From Alphaproteobacteria bacterium (GTDB lineage: Bacteria > Pseudomonadota > Alphaproteobacteria > Bin95), in NCBI GenBank assembly GCA_964291285.2, contig OZ219787.1, positions 2,112,001 through 2,176,000 of the forward strand: 64,000 bases of DNA, written 5' to 3'. The notes below the pieces were generated by a model. The model had not been told where the DNA came from and ran no database searches. It was given only the letters and a program-made list of their open reading frames with translations. A program made the translations under genes and the position numbers. Shown here in pieces: positions 39,701 through 50,835 of this stretch. Within the stretch, counting starts at the first letter, position 1. Every line of letters begins with the position of its first letter.

Positions 39701-40810
39701 ATGGCGGAGAGGGTGGAATGCGTCGTCATCGGCGCGGGCGCGGTCGGGCTCGCCTGCGCGCGCCGCCTCGCCATGGCCGGGCTGGAGGTGGTGGTGCTGG
39801 AGGCCGCCGAGGCCATCGGCACCGAGACCAGTTCGCGCAACAGCGAGGTCATCCACGCCGGCATCTACTATCCCGCCGGCAGCTTCAAGGCGCGGGCCTG
39901 CGTCGAGGGCAAGCATTTCCTCTACGACTACTGCGCCGAACGCGGCCTGCCGCACAAGCGGATCGGCAAGCTGATCGTGGCGTCCGACGAGAGCCGCATC
40001 CCGGAGCTGGAGACGTTGCAGGCGCGCGCGGCGGCGAACGGCGTGCCCGACCTCGAACTGCTGACCGGCGCGGAGGTGCGCGCGCTGGAGCCGGCGGTGA
40101 AGGCGGAGGCCGGGCTGCTCTCGCCCTCCACCGGCATTATCGACAGCCACGCGCTCATGCTGGCCTTCCAGGGCGATGCGGAGGAGGCAGGCGCGATGAT
40201 CGCCTTCCATGCCCCGGTCGTCTGCGCCCGCGCGCTCGAAGACGGCGTCGAACTGGAGGTCGGCGGGGCGGAACCGATGACGCTCGCCGCCGGCCTCGTC
40301 GTCAACAGCGCCGGCCTCGCCGCGCCGGCCGTCGCGCGCCGGATCGAGGGCCTCGACGCAAGGCACATCCCGCAGGCCCGGTTCGCCAAGGGCAACTATT
40401 TCTCGGTCGCCGGCCGCCAGCCCTTCCGCCGCCTCGTCTATCCGATGCCGGAGGCCTCCGTGCTGGGCGTGCATGTGACGCTCGATCTCGCGGGGCAATG
40501 CAAGTTCGGCCCGGACCTTGAATGGCTGGAGGAGCCCGAATACGACGTGGACCCGGCGCGCGCGGACCGTTTCTACGACGCCGTGCGGCGCTACTATCCG
40601 GGGCTCGCGGACGGCGCGCTGCAACCGGCCTATGCCGGCATCCGGCCGAAGATTCACGGCCCCGGCGAGCCGCAGCCGGATTTCCTGCTCCAGGGGCCGG
40701 AGACGCACGGGGTTCCGGGCCTCGTCAACCTGTTCGGCATCGAGTCGCCCGGCCTCACCGCCTCTCCCGCCATCGCCGACGAGGTGGCCCGCCTGGCCGG
40801 AGCGCCGTGA
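39701..40810 (+). CDS. L-2-hydroxyglutarate oxidase-like FAD oxidoreductase
   Basis: GAGAVG, '[15 protein letters not shown]', '[10 protein letters not shown]'. Confidence 0.9.
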   Translation: MAERVECVVIGAGAVGLACARRLAMAGLEVVVLEAAEAIGTETSSRNSEVIHAGIYYPAGSFKARACVEGKHFLYDYCAERGLPHKRIGKLIVASDESRIPELETLQARAAANGVPDLELLTGAEVRALEPAVKAEAGLLSPSTGIIDSHALMLAFQGDAEEAGAMIAFHAPVVCARALEDGVELEVGGAEPMTLAAGLVVNSAGLAAPAVARRIEGLDARHIPQARFAKGNYFSVAGRQPFRRLVYPMPEASVLGVHVTLDLAGQCKFGPDLEWLEEPEYDVDPARADRFYDAVRRYYPGLADGALQPAYAGIRPKIHGPGEPQPDFLLQGPETHGVPGLVNLFGIESPGLTASPAIADEVARLAGAP

Positions 40811-41688
40811 CGCCGGCCGCGCCTGCCCCGGCATTGCGCGGCATCGGCTTCGCGGTGCTGGCGGGGGCCTGTTTCGTGTGCATGCAGGCCGCCGCCAAGG
40901 CCGGCACGGAGGCAGGCTATCCGGCGGTCCAGGTGGTCTGGGCGCGCTTCACCCTGCATCTGGCGGCGCTCGTTCTGCTGATGCCGCACCGGCTGGGCGC
41001 GCTCATCCGCACCGAACGCCCGGCCCTGCAGACCCTGCGCGGCGGCTTCCTCGTCGCCTCGACTGCCTGCTCCTTCGCGGCACTGGAGCTTCTGGCGCTG
41101 CCGGAGATGACCGTCATCACCTTCGTGGCACCTCTCTTCACCATGGCGCTCGCGGTGCTCTGGCTCCGGGAGCGCGTCGGCGTCAGGCGCTGGGCGGCCG
41201 CGCTCGTGGGCTTCGCCGCCGTCGCCATGGCCGCCGGGCCGGACGGGCTGACCGCGAATGCGGGCGTGCTGCTGGCGCTGGGCATGGCGCTGTTCTATGC
41301 GCTCTACCAGGTGGCGACGCGCGCGCTCCGCCACGCCGCCCCCGCGCCGGCCGCGCTCTTCTACGCGGCGCTCGCCGGCGCGGTTGCGACTTCGGCCGTC
41401 GCCCCCTTCTTCTGGCGCGCGCCGGACCTTGCCGGCTGGGGGCTGCTGGCGCTCCCCGCGCTGTTCGGCGCCATCGGGCAATATGTGTTGATCCGCGCCT
41501 ACGAGACCGCCCCGGCGGGGCTGATCGCGCCTTTCATGTATGTCGAATTCGTCTGGTCGGTCGCGCTCGGGCTCGCGGTGTTCGGGTTCTTCCCCGATAG
41601 CTGGACCCTGGCGGCGGCGGTCATCATCATAGGCAGCGGCCTCTATATCCGGCACCGGGAGCGAAGCGCGCCATGCAGTTCGGACTGA
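40807..41688 (+). CDS. DMT/EamA family transporter
   Basis: About 10 TMs, '[10 protein letters not shown]', 'APFMY'. Confidence 0.88.
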   Translation: MTPAAPAPALRGIGFAVLAGACFVCMQAAAKAGTEAGYPAVQVVWARFTLHLAALVLLMPHRLGALIRTERPALQTLRGGFLVASTACSFAALELLALPEMTVITFVAPLFTMALAVLWLRERVGVRRWAAALVGFAAVAMAAGPDGLTANAGVLLALGMALFYALYQVATRALRHAAPAPAALFYAALAGAVATSAVAPFFWRAPDLAGWGLLALPALFGAIGQYVLIRAYETAPAGLIAPFMYVEFVWSVALGLAVFGFFPDSWTLAAAVIIIGSGLYIRHRERSAPCSSD

Positions 41689-42836
41689 CCGAAGACCAGA
41701 CCGCCCTCAAGGAAGCTGCCGGGCGCTTCGCCCGCGAAGTGCTGCTGCCCGGCTACCGCAAGCGCGAGGACGACGCCGCGATGGGCGCCGAGCTCATCCG
41801 CGAGATGGGCCGCCTCGGCCTCATCGCACCCTCGCTGCCGGAACGCTACGGAGGCATGGGCCTCGACGGCGTGACCGCCGGCCTGCTGATCGAGGAGATC
41901 GCCTATGGCGACCTCAATGTGAGCTATGTGCCGCTGCTCTCCTCCCTCAGCGCCGACATCCTCGCCCGCCACGGCGACGAGGCGCTGGCGGCGGCGCGGT
42001 TGCCGGCCATCGCCGAGGGCCGCGAGACGATCGCGCTCGGGCTGACCGAGCCGCGCGGCGGGTCCGACGCGGCCAACCTGCAACTGCGCGCCCGGCGCGA
42101 CGGCGGCGACTGGGTGATCGACGGCGAGAAGGCCTCGATCTCCATGGCGGCCCATGCCGACAGTGTGCTCGCCATGGCGCGCACCGATCCCGACCGGCCG
42201 GGCGCGCGCGGCGTGACCGCATTCCTGATCGACCTCGATGCGCCCGGCGTCTCGCGCTCGGCCTATGACGACCTGGGCTCGCTCGCGGTCGGGCGGGGCT
42301 CCATCTGGTTCGACGGCGTGCGCGTGCCGGACCGCAACCGCGTCGGCCCCGAGGGGGCGGGCTTCACCCAGACCATGCAGGGCTTCGACTATTCGCGAAC
42401 CCTGATCGGCCTGCAATGTCTCGGCCCCGCCCGCGCCTCGCTCGACGAGACCTGGCCCTACACGCTGGAGCGCGAGGCCTTCGGCCGCCCGATCGCCGAG
42501 TTCCAGGGGGTTACCTTTCCGCTCGCCGAATACGACACCCAGGTCGAGGGCTGCCGGCTGCTCTGCTACCGCACGCTATGGCTGCGCGACCAGGGGATGC
42601 CGCACACCAAGGAGGCGGCGATGTGCAAATGGTGGGCGCCGAAGCTCTCCGTGGACACCATCCACCAGTGCCTGCTGACGCACGGCCATCTCGGCTACAG
42701 CCGCGACCTGCCGCACCAGCAGCGCCTGCGCGACGTGATGGGCCTCGAGATCGGCGACGGCACGGCGCAGATCTCCAAGATGGTGATCGCGCGCGAGACC
42801 GTCGGGCGCGCCGCCGTGCAATACGCGCGGCGGTGA
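41673..42836 (+). CDS. Acyl-CoA dehydrogenase (cyclohexanecarboxyl-CoA dehydrogenase-like)
   Basis: 'LTEPRGGSDAA', 'GEKASIS', 'EIGDGTAQI'. Confidence 0.9.
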   Translation: MQFGLTEDQTALKEAAGRFAREVLLPGYRKREDDAAMGAELIREMGRLGLIAPSLPERYGGMGLDGVTAGLLIEEIAYGDLNVSYVPLLSSLSADILARHGDEALAAARLPAIAEGRETIALGLTEPRGGSDAANLQLRARRDGGDWVIDGEKASISMAAHADSVLAMARTDPDRPGARGVTAFLIDLDAPGVSRSAYDDLGSLAVGRGSIWFDGVRVPDRNRVGPEGAGFTQTMQGFDYSRTLIGLQCLGPARASLDETWPYTLEREAFGRPIAEFQGVTFPLAEYDTQVEGCRLLCYRTLWLRDQGMPHTKEAAMCKWWAPKLSVDTIHQCLLTHGHLGYSRDLPHQQRLRDVMGLEIGDGTAQISKMVIARETVGRAAVQYARR

Positions 42837-42839
42837 CGC

Positions 42840-43847
42840 TCAGCCCTTCCGGCCCGAGACGCGGACGAGGATACCGGGCAGGAAGTCCTCCACGGCGATG
42901 TCGCGGAAGCCGGCGGCCTCGAGATAGCCGGCCACTTCCTCGCTCGAATGGGCAAGGCCGGTGGAGGCGTGGAGCGTTTGCGCAAGGCCCCAGAGCGCGG
43001 CATCCGCAGGCCCGGACCGGTCCGGCGCCAGCGCCTCGCCGATCAGGTGGAACGCGCCGCCGGGCAGCAGCGCGTCATGGGTCTTCTTCACCACCCATGC
43101 GATCTGCCAGCGCCCGTACATCGGCAGGTTCGACGCCATGACGGCGAGGTCGCAGCCGGTCGGGAAATCGTCCTTGTTGAAGTCGCAGGGCACGGCCTCG
43201 ATGCGGTCCGACAGGCCGGCCTCGTCGATATAGCCGCGCGCGACCTCGCAGACCGCCGGCAGGTCGAGCACCGCCGCCCTGAGTTCCGGGTTCGCCCGGC
43301 AGGCCGCGATGCACCAGGCGCCGGAGCCGCCGCCGATATCCATCATGCGGGTGCTGCCGGTGAGGTCGGTCGTGCGGGCGAAGTGCCGGCCGGCGCCCGC
43401 GCCCACGGACCGGGTCGCCTCATGGTAGCGCCTGGCCTCTTCCACCGTGATGTCGGCGACGGAAGCGTTCTCCTCCAGCGGCGGGCCCGGCCGGCGCAGA
43501 TGGTCCGCAAGCCGGCCCCACTCGTTCCAGTCCGGCCTGGTGAAAAACATCCAGGGCGCGGCGTAGTGGCGCGAGTCGGCGACCAGAAAGCGCTCCACGT
43601 CCGGCGCGTTGACCAACCTGCCGCCCTCGCGGCTGATCAGGCCGAGCCCGAGGCAGGCGACGATAATCCGCTCGCCGTTGGGCGGCTCAAGGCCGAGCGC
43701 GGCGGCAAGCGTCTCTTCGGTGTCGGCGCCGCGCGCGATCTCGGTGAACAGGCCGAGTTCGACGGCGGCCAGCAGCGCCCCGCTCTCCCGGTAAGCGCGG
43801 GCGAGGCGTTGCAGGCGGACCGTGTCGGGCCGCGCGCCCTCAGCCAT
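42840..43847 (-). CDS. SAM-dependent O-methyltransferase with dimerisation domain
   Basis: 'AVELGLF', 'MDIGGGSG', 'LDLPAV', 'LLPGG'. Confidence 0.9.
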   Translation of the reverse strand: MAEGARPDTVRLQRLARAYRESGALLAAVELGLFTEIARGADTEETLAAALGLEPPNGERIIVACLGLGLISREGGRLVNAPDVERFLVADSRHYAAPWMFFTRPDWNEWGRLADHLRRPGPPLEENASVADITVEEARRYHEATRSVGAGAGRHFARTTDLTGSTRMMDIGGGSGAWCIAACRANPELRAAVLDLPAVCEVARGYIDEAGLSDRIEAVPCDFNKDDFPTGCDLAVMASNLPMYGRWQIAWVVKKTHDALLPGGAFHLIGEALAPDRSGPADAALWGLAQTLHASTGLAHSSEEVAGYLEAAGFRDIAVEDFLPGILVRVSGRKG

Positions 43848-44628
43848 AGCTGGCGGACATGCCTTCCGAGGGGTCCATATGCGCGCCGTAGGGCGGGATC
43901 GGGTAGCGCAGCCCGACGCGGGAGAGCTTCTCCATGCCCTCGACGCCGCGCGCGAACTCCTCCGGCGGCATGGCGATCAGCATTTCGTCGTCCGCCACGC
44001 CCCCGTAGCGGCGCTCGGCATAGCAGGGGATCGAGATCGAGGTGTCGCGGGTGAGCAGCGCCTTGCCCCAGCTGTCGGCGCAGGCGCTCTCGCCGGTGAT
44101 CGACATGTCGTAGCGCCGGTAGCGCTTCCATTGCAGGCCGTTGACGAACAGGATGATCTGGCCCGGCGTGCCGTAGAACAACACGATGTCGGGCGGGTCG
44201 AGGCGCGCAGCCCTGAGCGGCGAGACCACCGTGCCGACATATTTCCCGAAGGTCTGGCGCGGCATGTGCGCCTGGTGCTCGCGCGCGGCCTCGCGGTCTG
44301 CGAACCACACGCCGTCCATATGCTCGCCCGAAAGCGTGCCCTCGTCCGGCAGGTCGATGCCCATGACGCCGCCGCAATTGGACTGCGGGCGCACATTCTC
44401 CGCCGTGATGCCGAGCGTGAAGCCGGCGATCCGGCTCTGCGTGACAAGCTGACAGGTGGTGTGGAAGCGCCCCGGCTTCGGGCGGCGCAGCCCCGGCACC
44501 GTCTCCATCTCCTCCAGGCTTTCGTACTGCTTCATGCCGATCGGCAGCGTGCGGATCTTCAGCAGGTCCTGCAGCTTGACGGCAAGCGTGCGGAGTTCGG
44601 CAGCGCCGACGGCGGTTTCTTCGCTCAT
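43840..44628 (-). CDS. DUF169 family protein
   Basis: 'TTCQ', 'PDIVLFYGTPGQ', 'ESACAD', 'PCYAERRYGG..DDEM'. Confidence 0.8.
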   Translation of the reverse strand: MSEETAVGAAELRTLAVKLQDLLKIRTLPIGMKQYESLEEMETVPGLRRPKPGRFHTTCQLVTQSRIAGFTLGITAENVRPQSNCGGVMGIDLPDEGTLSGEHMDGVWFADREAAREHQAHMPRQTFGKYVGTVVSPLRAARLDPPDIVLFYGTPGQIILFVNGLQWKRYRRYDMSITGESACADSWGKALLTRDTSISIPCYAERRYGGVADDEMLIAMPPEEFARGVEGMEKLSRVGLRYPIPPYGAHMDPSEGMSASYG

Positions 44629-44707
44629 TTCGGGAGGGCTCCCCTTGCGGCGGTAGGCGCGCTCATCATAGCGTCTCGCCGGAGTTACGCGAGGAAGGAA
44701 CGCTCCC

Positions 44708-45031
44708 ATGATCTTCGACCACCGCATCTATACCTGCCGCCCCGGCACGGTGCCCAAGGCGATGGCCCTCTACGAGGAGCACGGCTACCCCGTGCAGACC
44801 CGCCATCTCGGAGAGCCGGTGCTCTACGGCATCACCGAGACGGGGCCGATCAATACCTATGTCCATGTCTGGGCCTATGAGGACGCGGCCGACCGCGCGA
44901 GCAAGCGCGCCGCCATGCAGGCCGACCCGGAGTGGCAGGCCTATCTCGAGCGTTCCGGCGAGGCAGGCTATCTGCTCAGCCAGGAGAACCGCATCCTGCA
45001 GGCCGCGCCGTTTTTCAAGCCGAAGCGCTAG
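44708..45031 (+). CDS. NIPSNAP family protein
   Basis: 'RIYTCRPG', 'HVWAYED..DR..KRAAM.ADPEW'. Confidence 0.88.
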   Translation: MIFDHRIYTCRPGTVPKAMALYEEHGYPVQTRHLGEPVLYGITETGPINTYVHVWAYEDAADRASKRAAMQADPEWQAYLERSGEAGYLLSQENRILQAAPFFKPKR

Positions 45032-45149
45032 GCACAACAATCCATCCAGTCGCGGGAAGAGTTGCGGCGGCCCGCCTTTCGGCGCAGCATGGGCTGGCCG
45101 CCGCGACGCCCCGTCCTCGTTGTCGCGGACGACGGGGAGCCTCGCCGCC

Positions 45150-45656
45150 ATGCAAGACAGAACGACAGTCCCGGCAAGCCGTTTCCGGCTTCGGGGAAGT
45201 CTCACCGGCATCTGCCGCGCGGGGCGGCGCATCCTGCTCCCGGCTCTTTTGCCGATGTGCCTGGCCGCCGCGCCGGCGATTGCCGGAGACCGCCCGGATA
45301 CGCCGGAAAACCGTGCGGAGGCGGCGAAGGCTTATCTCAAGCTCGTGCCGGTGGAGCGGATGGCGGACCGCGTAGCAGGCAATGTCCTGCTGCTGATCCC
45401 GGAAGAGAAACGTGGACTCTTCCGGCAGGGTGTGTCGGAGGGACTCGCCGCGGCCGACATCGAGACCATCATGGTGAAGATCGTCGCCAAGCACTTCACC
45501 GCGGCCGAGATCGAGGCCATGACCGCGTTTTACGGTTCGGCCGAAGGGCAGGCCATCGAGAAGAAGCTGAAAGGCTACATGGCGGATATCAGCCTTCATG
45601 TCATCCCGATCATTCAAAAGTCCGTCACCGAAGTGATGGAGAAGCACTTCGAATAG
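45150..45656 (+). CDS. DUF2059-like exported protein
   Basis: 'KHFTAAEIEAMTAFYGSAEGQAI'; start uncertain. Confidence 0.75.
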   Translation: MQDRTTVPASRFRLRGSLTGICRAGRRILLPALLPMCLAAAPAIAGDRPDTPENRAEAAKAYLKLVPVERMADRVAGNVLLLIPEEKRGLFRQGVSEGLAAADIETIMVKIVAKHFTAAEIEAMTAFYGSAEGQAIEKKLKGYMADISLHVIPIIQKSVTEVMEKHFE

Positions 45657-45693
45657 GCGCGGCCCCAGCCGCCCTTCAGGAAAGGCCGGAAAA

Positions 45694-48009
45694 ATGGACC
45701 AATTCGGCATCGGCCAGCCGGTGCGGCGCAAGGAAGACGCGCGCTTCGTGACCGGCGCCGGGCGCTTTACGGACGATATCGACATCGCCGGCCAGGCCCA
45801 CGCGGTCGTGCTCCGCAGCCCGCACGCCCACGCCCGCATCCTGGACCTCGACACGCGCGCGGCCGAGGCGGCACCCGGCGTCGTGGCCGTGCTCACCGGG
45901 CAGGATGCGGCGGCCGACGGCCTGCCCATGCTGCCCTGCCAGGTGGACGTGCCAGGTGCGAACGGCGCGCGCATGGCCGATCCGGGCCGCGCAGTGCTCC
46001 AGACGGACCGGGTGCGCTATGTCGGCGATCCGATCGCCTTCGTGGTAGCGGAGACGGCGGAGCAGGCGCGCGACGCCGCCGAACTCATAGAGGTCGAATA
46101 CGAGATGCTGCCGGCCGTCACCACGGCCGCCGAGGCGGATGCGCCGGGGGCGCCGGTCCTCCACGAACCGGTAGGCTCCAATCTTTGCGTGCACTGGCTC
46201 AGCCATGACGGCACCGAGGTCGAGGCGGCGTTCGCGCGGGCGGCGAAGACCGTGAGGGTGGAACTCGCCAACAACCGCGTCGTCGGCAACCCGATGGAGC
46301 CGCGCGTCGCCATCGGGCAGTGGGAGGCGGATACAGAGCGCTATCTGCTGCATTCGCCGACCCAGGGGGCCGTCCGGGTGCGCAACGGCCTCGCCGACAT
46401 CGCCTTCGACATGCCGAAGGACCGGGTGCGCGTCGTCTCGCCCGATGTCGGAGGCGGCTTCGGGCTGCGCGGCAAGCTGTTCCCGGAAACGGTGATGGTG
46501 CTCTGGGCCGCCCGGCGCCTCGGAAGGCCGGTCAAGTGGCGGGCGGACCGGCAGGAGACCATGCTCGCCGACCCGCACGGCCGCGACCATCTGACAGTGG
46601 CGGAAATGGCCTTCGACGATGAGGCGCGTATTCTCGGTATGAAGGCTCACACGCTCGCCAATCTCGGCGGCTACCTCTCCGATTTCGGGCCGAGGATCCC
46701 GACCGTGGCCGGCGCCCGCATCGCAGGGACCGTCTATCACGTGCCGGCCATGCAGCTTTCCGTGCGCTGCCTCTTTACCAACACCGTGCCGACGGACGCC
46801 TACCGCGGCGCGGGCCGGCCGGAAATCTGCTACCAGATGGAGCGCCTGCTGGACGCGGGCGCCGAGGTTTTCGGCCTTTCGCCCGCCGAAATCCGCCGCC
46901 GCAACTTCATCCGGCCGGATGCATTGCCTTATACTAACCGGGTCGGCATGGTCATCGATTCGGGCGCCTTCGCCGAGACTCAGGAACAGGCTCTGGAGCG
47001 CGCCGATGTCGCCGGCTTCGACCGGCGCCGGGCGGAGTCGGAAGCCGCCGGCAAGCGTCGCGGTCTCGGCCTCGGCTACTATATTGAGGCCTCGGGCGGC
47101 GCGCCGGTGGAACAGGCGCAGGTCCGCGTCGAAGAGGATGGCAGCGTCTCCCTCATCATGGGCACCTTCAGCCACGGCCAGGGCCATGAGACCGCCTTCG
47201 CCCAGATCGTCCACCAGAAGCTTGGCATCGCGCTCGACGATGTCCGGCTCCTGCAGGGCGACACGGCGTTCGTCGCCTTCGGCAACGGCACCGGCGGCTC
47301 GCGCTCCTCGCAGATGGGCGGCGTCTCCGTCTCGCGCGCCTGCGCGCAGATCGTCGAGAAGGCCTCGCGCATCGCCGCGCACCGGCTGGAGGCGGCACCC
47401 ACCGACATCGAGTTCGCGGACGGCGGGTTCCGCGTGGCAGGCACGGACCTTGCGGTCTCGCTGGCCGAGGTCGCGCGGCTCGCGCACGACCCGGCGGCGC
47501 TGCCGGAGGGTGAGGAGCCGGGCCTCGACGAGACCTGCCGCTACCAGCGCCCGACCGAGTGCAACTTCCCGAACGGCTGCCATGTCTGCGAGGTGGAGGT
47601 GGACCCGGAGACCGGCCGGGTCGAGGTGGTGAAATACACCGCCGTGGACGATTGCGGCATCGTCATCAACCCGCTGCTGGCGGCGGGCCAGGTGCATGGC
47701 GGCGTCGGCCAGGGGCTGGGCCAGGCGCTGCTGGAGCACACGGCCTACGAGGCGGGGAGCGGCCAGTTCCTCGCCGGCTCCTTCATGGACTACTGCATGC
47801 CGCGCGCCGGCGATTTCCCAGAGATCGATGTGGGCTTCAACCCGGTGCCGAACCCGTCGAACGAGCTCGGCGTCAAGGGCATCGGCGAGGGCGGTGCCTG
47901 CGGCGCGCCGCCCGCGATCACCGCCGCCGTCGCCGACGCGCTCGGCATCTCCCATATCGACATGCCGATCACCCCGGAGAAGGTCTGGCGGGCGCTGAAC
48001 GGCGCCTAG
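45694..48009 (+). CDS. Xanthine dehydrogenase family molybdopterin-binding subunit (form II CoxL-like)
   Basis: 'DVGGGFG', AYRGAGR loop, 'HGQGHET', 'KGIGEGG'. Confidence 0.93.
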   Translation: MDQFGIGQPVRRKEDARFVTGAGRFTDDIDIAGQAHAVVLRSPHAHARILDLDTRAAEAAPGVVAVLTGQDAAADGLPMLPCQVDVPGANGARMADPGRAVLQTDRVRYVGDPIAFVVAETAEQARDAAELIEVEYEMLPAVTTAAEADAPGAPVLHEPVGSNLCVHWLSHDGTEVEAAFARAAKTVRVELANNRVVGNPMEPRVAIGQWEADTERYLLHSPTQGAVRVRNGLADIAFDMPKDRVRVVSPDVGGGFGLRGKLFPETVMVLWAARRLGRPVKWRADRQETMLADPHGRDHLTVAEMAFDDEARILGMKAHTLANLGGYLSDFGPRIPTVAGARIAGTVYHVPAMQLSVRCLFTNTVPTDAYRGAGRPEICYQMERLLDAGAEVFGLSPAEIRRRNFIRPDALPYTNRVGMVIDSGAFAETQEQALERADVAGFDRRRAESEAAGKRRGLGLGYYIEASGGAPVEQAQVRVEEDGSVSLIMGTFSHGQGHETAFAQIVHQKLGIALDDVRLLQGDTAFVAFGNGTGGSRSSQMGGVSVSRACAQIVEKASRIAAHRLEAAPTDIEFADGGFRVAGTDLAVSLAEVARLAHDPAALPEGEEPGLDETCRYQRPTECNFPNGCHVCEVEVDPETGRVEVVKYTAVDDCGIVINPLLAAGQVHGGVGQGLGQALLEHTAYEAGSGQFLAGSFMDYCMPRAGDFPEIDVGFNPVPNPSNELGVKGIGEGGACGAPPAITAAVADALGISHIDMPITPEKVWRALNGA

Positions 48010-48058
48010 CCCGGCCCCGGTTGAAAGGAGCCTGTCGGCCGGCGTCCGGGCCCTGCGG

Positions 48059-49276
48059 TCAGGCGCCGAGTTCGCGCTTCAGGTTGCGGTCCACGGCGTC
48101 GAGGAAGCCGGCGGTGCTGAGCCAGCCCTGGTCCGGCCCGGCCAGCAGCGCCAGGTCCTTGGTCATCTCGCCGCCTTCCACCGTCCCGATGCAGACCCGC
48201 TCTAGGGTACGGGCGAACTCGGAGACATCGGGCGTCCCGTCGAACTGGCCGCGATAGTCGAGGCCGCGCGTCCAGGCGAAGATCGAGGCGATGGAGTTGG
48301 TCGAGGTCTCGTTGCCCTGCTGGTGCTGGCGGTAGTGGCGGGTGACGGTGCCATGCGCTGCCTCGGCCTCGATGGTCTTGCCGTCCGGCGTCATCAGCAC
48401 CGAGGTCATGAGGCCCAGCGAGCCGAAGCCCTGGGCCACCGTGTCGGACTGCACGTCGCCGTCATAGTTCTTGCAGGCCCAGACATAGCCGCCTTCGAGC
48501 TTCATGGCCTGCGCCACCATGTCGTCGATCAGCCGGTGCTCGTACCAGAGCCCGGCGGCCTCGAAGCGGTCCTTGAACTCGTTCTCGAACACCTCCGCGA
48601 ACAGGTCCCGGAAACGCCCGTCATAGGCCTTCAGGATCGTGTTCTTGGTGGACATGAAACAGGGATAGTTGCGCATCAGCGCGTAGTTGAAACAGGAGCG
48701 CGCGAAGCCCCGGATCGACTCGTCGAGATTGTACATCGACATGGCGATGCCGCCGCCGGGGAAGTCGAACACCTCGCGTTCGATCGCCTCGCCGCCGCCC
48801 TCCGGCTCGAAGCGGATGGTGAGCTTGCCCTTTCCCGGCACGACGAAATCGGTCGCGCGATACTGGTCGCCATAGGCGTGGCGGCCGATGATGATTGGCT
48901 TCGCCCAGCCCGGCACCAGGCGCGGCACGTTCGAGCAGATGATCGGCTCGCGGAAGACGGTGCCGTTGATGATGTTGCGGATCGTGCCGTTGGGCGAGCG
49001 CCACATGGCCTTGAGGCCGAATTCCTCGACCCGGTCCTCGTCCGGCGTGATCGTCGCGCATTTGACGCCGACGCCGTATTTCTTGATCGCATTGGCCGAG
49101 TCGATGGTGATTTGGTCGTCGGTCTCGTCGCGCTTCTGGATCGACAGGTCGTAATATTTCAGGTCGATATCGAGATAGGGCAGGATCAGCTTTTCCTTGA
49201 TGAACTCCCAGATGATCCGCGTCATCTCATCGCCGTCGAGCTCGACGACGGGGGTTGCAACCTTGATCTTGCTCAT
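48059..49276 (-). CDS. icd: NADP-dependent isocitrate dehydrogenase
   Basis: '[10 protein letters not shown]', 'KCATITPDE', 'NYDGDVQSD', '[10 protein letters not shown]'. Confidence 0.98.
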   Translation of the reverse strand: MSKIKVATPVVELDGDEMTRIIWEFIKEKLILPYLDIDLKYYDLSIQKRDETDDQITIDSANAIKKYGVGVKCATITPDEDRVEEFGLKAMWRSPNGTIRNIINGTVFREPIICSNVPRLVPGWAKPIIIGRHAYGDQYRATDFVVPGKGKLTIRFEPEGGGEAIEREVFDFPGGGIAMSMYNLDESIRGFARSCFNYALMRNYPCFMSTKNTILKAYDGRFRDLFAEVFENEFKDRFEAAGLWYEHRLIDDMVAQAMKLEGGYVWACKNYDGDVQSDTVAQGFGSLGLMTSVLMTPDGKTIEAEAAHGTVTRHYRQHQQGNETSTNSIASIFAWTRGLDYRGQFDGTPDVSEFARTLERVCIGTVEGGEMTKDLALLAGPDQGWLSTAGFLDAVDRNLKRELGA

Positions 49277-49402
49277 ATGCGTGCCGCTCCCGGCGTGCTT
49301 GTCGGCCGCCGAAGGCTTGGCCGTACCGTGTTGAAAGGAAGGCCCGCAACATAGGCCCGCGCCAGCGGAGGCGCAAGCAGGGCGCCAGCAGGCCGCTTTG
49401 CG

Positions 49403-50623
49403 TTATGGCGGCCCGGCGGCGCGGAAGCGGATCGGCATGGAGACGGTGCCGCGCAGGCTCACCCCGTCGCGCCAGTCGAGCCGGTCCGTTGTGATCCCGA
49501 TGTCCTGCATCGCCGCCAGCAGGCGCGGGAAGGCCAGCGCCGCCTCCAGCCTCGCGAGCGGCGCGCCGACGCAGAAATGAATGCCGAAGCCGAAGGCGAT
49601 CTGCCGGCCCTCCCGGCGCGCGATGTAGAAGCGCTCCGGGTCCGCGAACGCCTCCGGGTCGCGGTTGGCGGCGTTCAGCATCAGGAAGACGCGTTCGCCG
49701 GCCCGGATGCGCCGGCCGCGAATCTCCATGTCCTCGGCCGCGACCCGGGAGACAGCCGGGGCGGGCGAGTCGAAGCGCAGCATTTCCTCCACCGCCGCCT
49801 CCGCGCGCTCCGGCTCCCGGCGCAGCAGGTCCTGCTGGCCGGGATGGTCGATCAGGCGCATCAGGCCGTTGGCGAGCAGGCCGGTGGTCGTCTCGTGGCC
49901 GGCGAAGAGCAGCAGGATGCAGTTCGCCACGAGGTCGTCGTCGGAGAGGCCCGGACTCGCGGCAAGCTCGGAAATGAGATCATCGGCCGGGCGGCAGCGG
50001 CGTTCCTTCAGCAGCTTGCGGAAAGTCCCGTCGAGGCCGGCGACAGCGGCCTCGGCGCGAAGATGCTTGTCGGGTGCGGTCTGCGAGGAACCGACGAACA
50101 GGGCCAAGTCATGACTCCAGCGCTGGAAATCGTCGAGGCGATCCAGCGGCGCGCCAAGGATCTCCATGATGACGCCGGCCGGCAGCGGATAGGCGAAGTC
50201 GGCGACGAAATCCATCGACCCGCCGTCCAGCGCCGGCCCGAGCAGAGCGTCGATCCGCCGTGCGATGCGGGGCGCCATCGCGCCGAGCGCGGCGGTGGTG
50301 AAGCGGCCGTTCAGATGGGCGCGAATGCGGGTGTGCTCGGGCGGGTCGAGGAAGACAGCCCAGCGTCCGAGTGCGCCTTCGCTCTGCTGCAACTGCCGGC
50401 GGCGTGCGGGATCGAGCCCCTGGAAATAGGCCGCCATGCGCTCGGCCGAGAACCGTCGGTCGCGCTGCGCGGCGAGGCAGTCGTCGTAGCGTGTCAGCAG
50501 CCAGGCCTTCAGCCGCCGGCTCCAGGCGACAGGCGCCTCGGCACGCAGGCGGGCAAGCGCGGGGTAGGGGTCGGCGATGGTCGCCGGATCGGTCGGGTCG
50601 TAAATCTCGTCTATGGCCGTCAT
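49403..50623 (-). CDS. Cytochrome P450
   Basis: AGHETT, EEMLR, 'FGFGIHFCVGA'. Confidence 0.95.
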   Translation of the reverse strand: MTAIDEIYDPTDPATIADPYPALARLRAEAPVAWSRRLKAWLLTRYDDCLAAQRDRRFSAERMAAYFQGLDPARRRQLQQSEGALGRWAVFLDPPEHTRIRAHLNGRFTTAALGAMAPRIARRIDALLGPALDGGSMDFVADFAYPLPAGVIMEILGAPLDRLDDFQRWSHDLALFVGSSQTAPDKHLRAEAAVAGLDGTFRKLLKERRCRPADDLISELAASPGLSDDDLVANCILLLFAGHETTTGLLANGLMRLIDHPGQQDLLRREPERAEAAVEEMLRFDSPAPAVSRVAAEDMEIRGRRIRAGERVFLMLNAANRDPEAFADPERFYIARREGRQIAFGFGIHFCVGAPLARLEAALAFPRLLAAMQDIGITTDRLDWRDGVSLRGTVSMPIRFRAAGPP

Positions 50624-50713
50624 CCGCCCAGCGTTCCTTGCGGTCGCGGTGAGCATGGCCACTGGACCCGCCCATCGCAAGCCGCCGGCCGTCTCCGGCT
50701 TCTCCCGCGCCTC

Positions 50714-50835
50714 TTCCGCGTTTCGCGCGGCCCTCGCCCAACCTTCTCCCCGGGGGAGGGCTTTCTTCGGATGCAACCGCTCCGTATCCCCATAACTCTC
50801 CCTTCCCGCTCGGCGGGAGGGGCCGGAGGCGGGCC
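50714..50835. repeat. REP-like palindrome doublet (CCCTC(T)CCC..GGGAGA type), copy 1
   Basis: Reverse complement of 50714-50760 is near-identical to 56756-56804. Confidence 0.75.

Noticed and set aside
45694-48009. Aerobic CO dehydrogenase
   Set aside because: Has AYRGAGR rather than AYxCSFR, and no coxMS or accessory genes.
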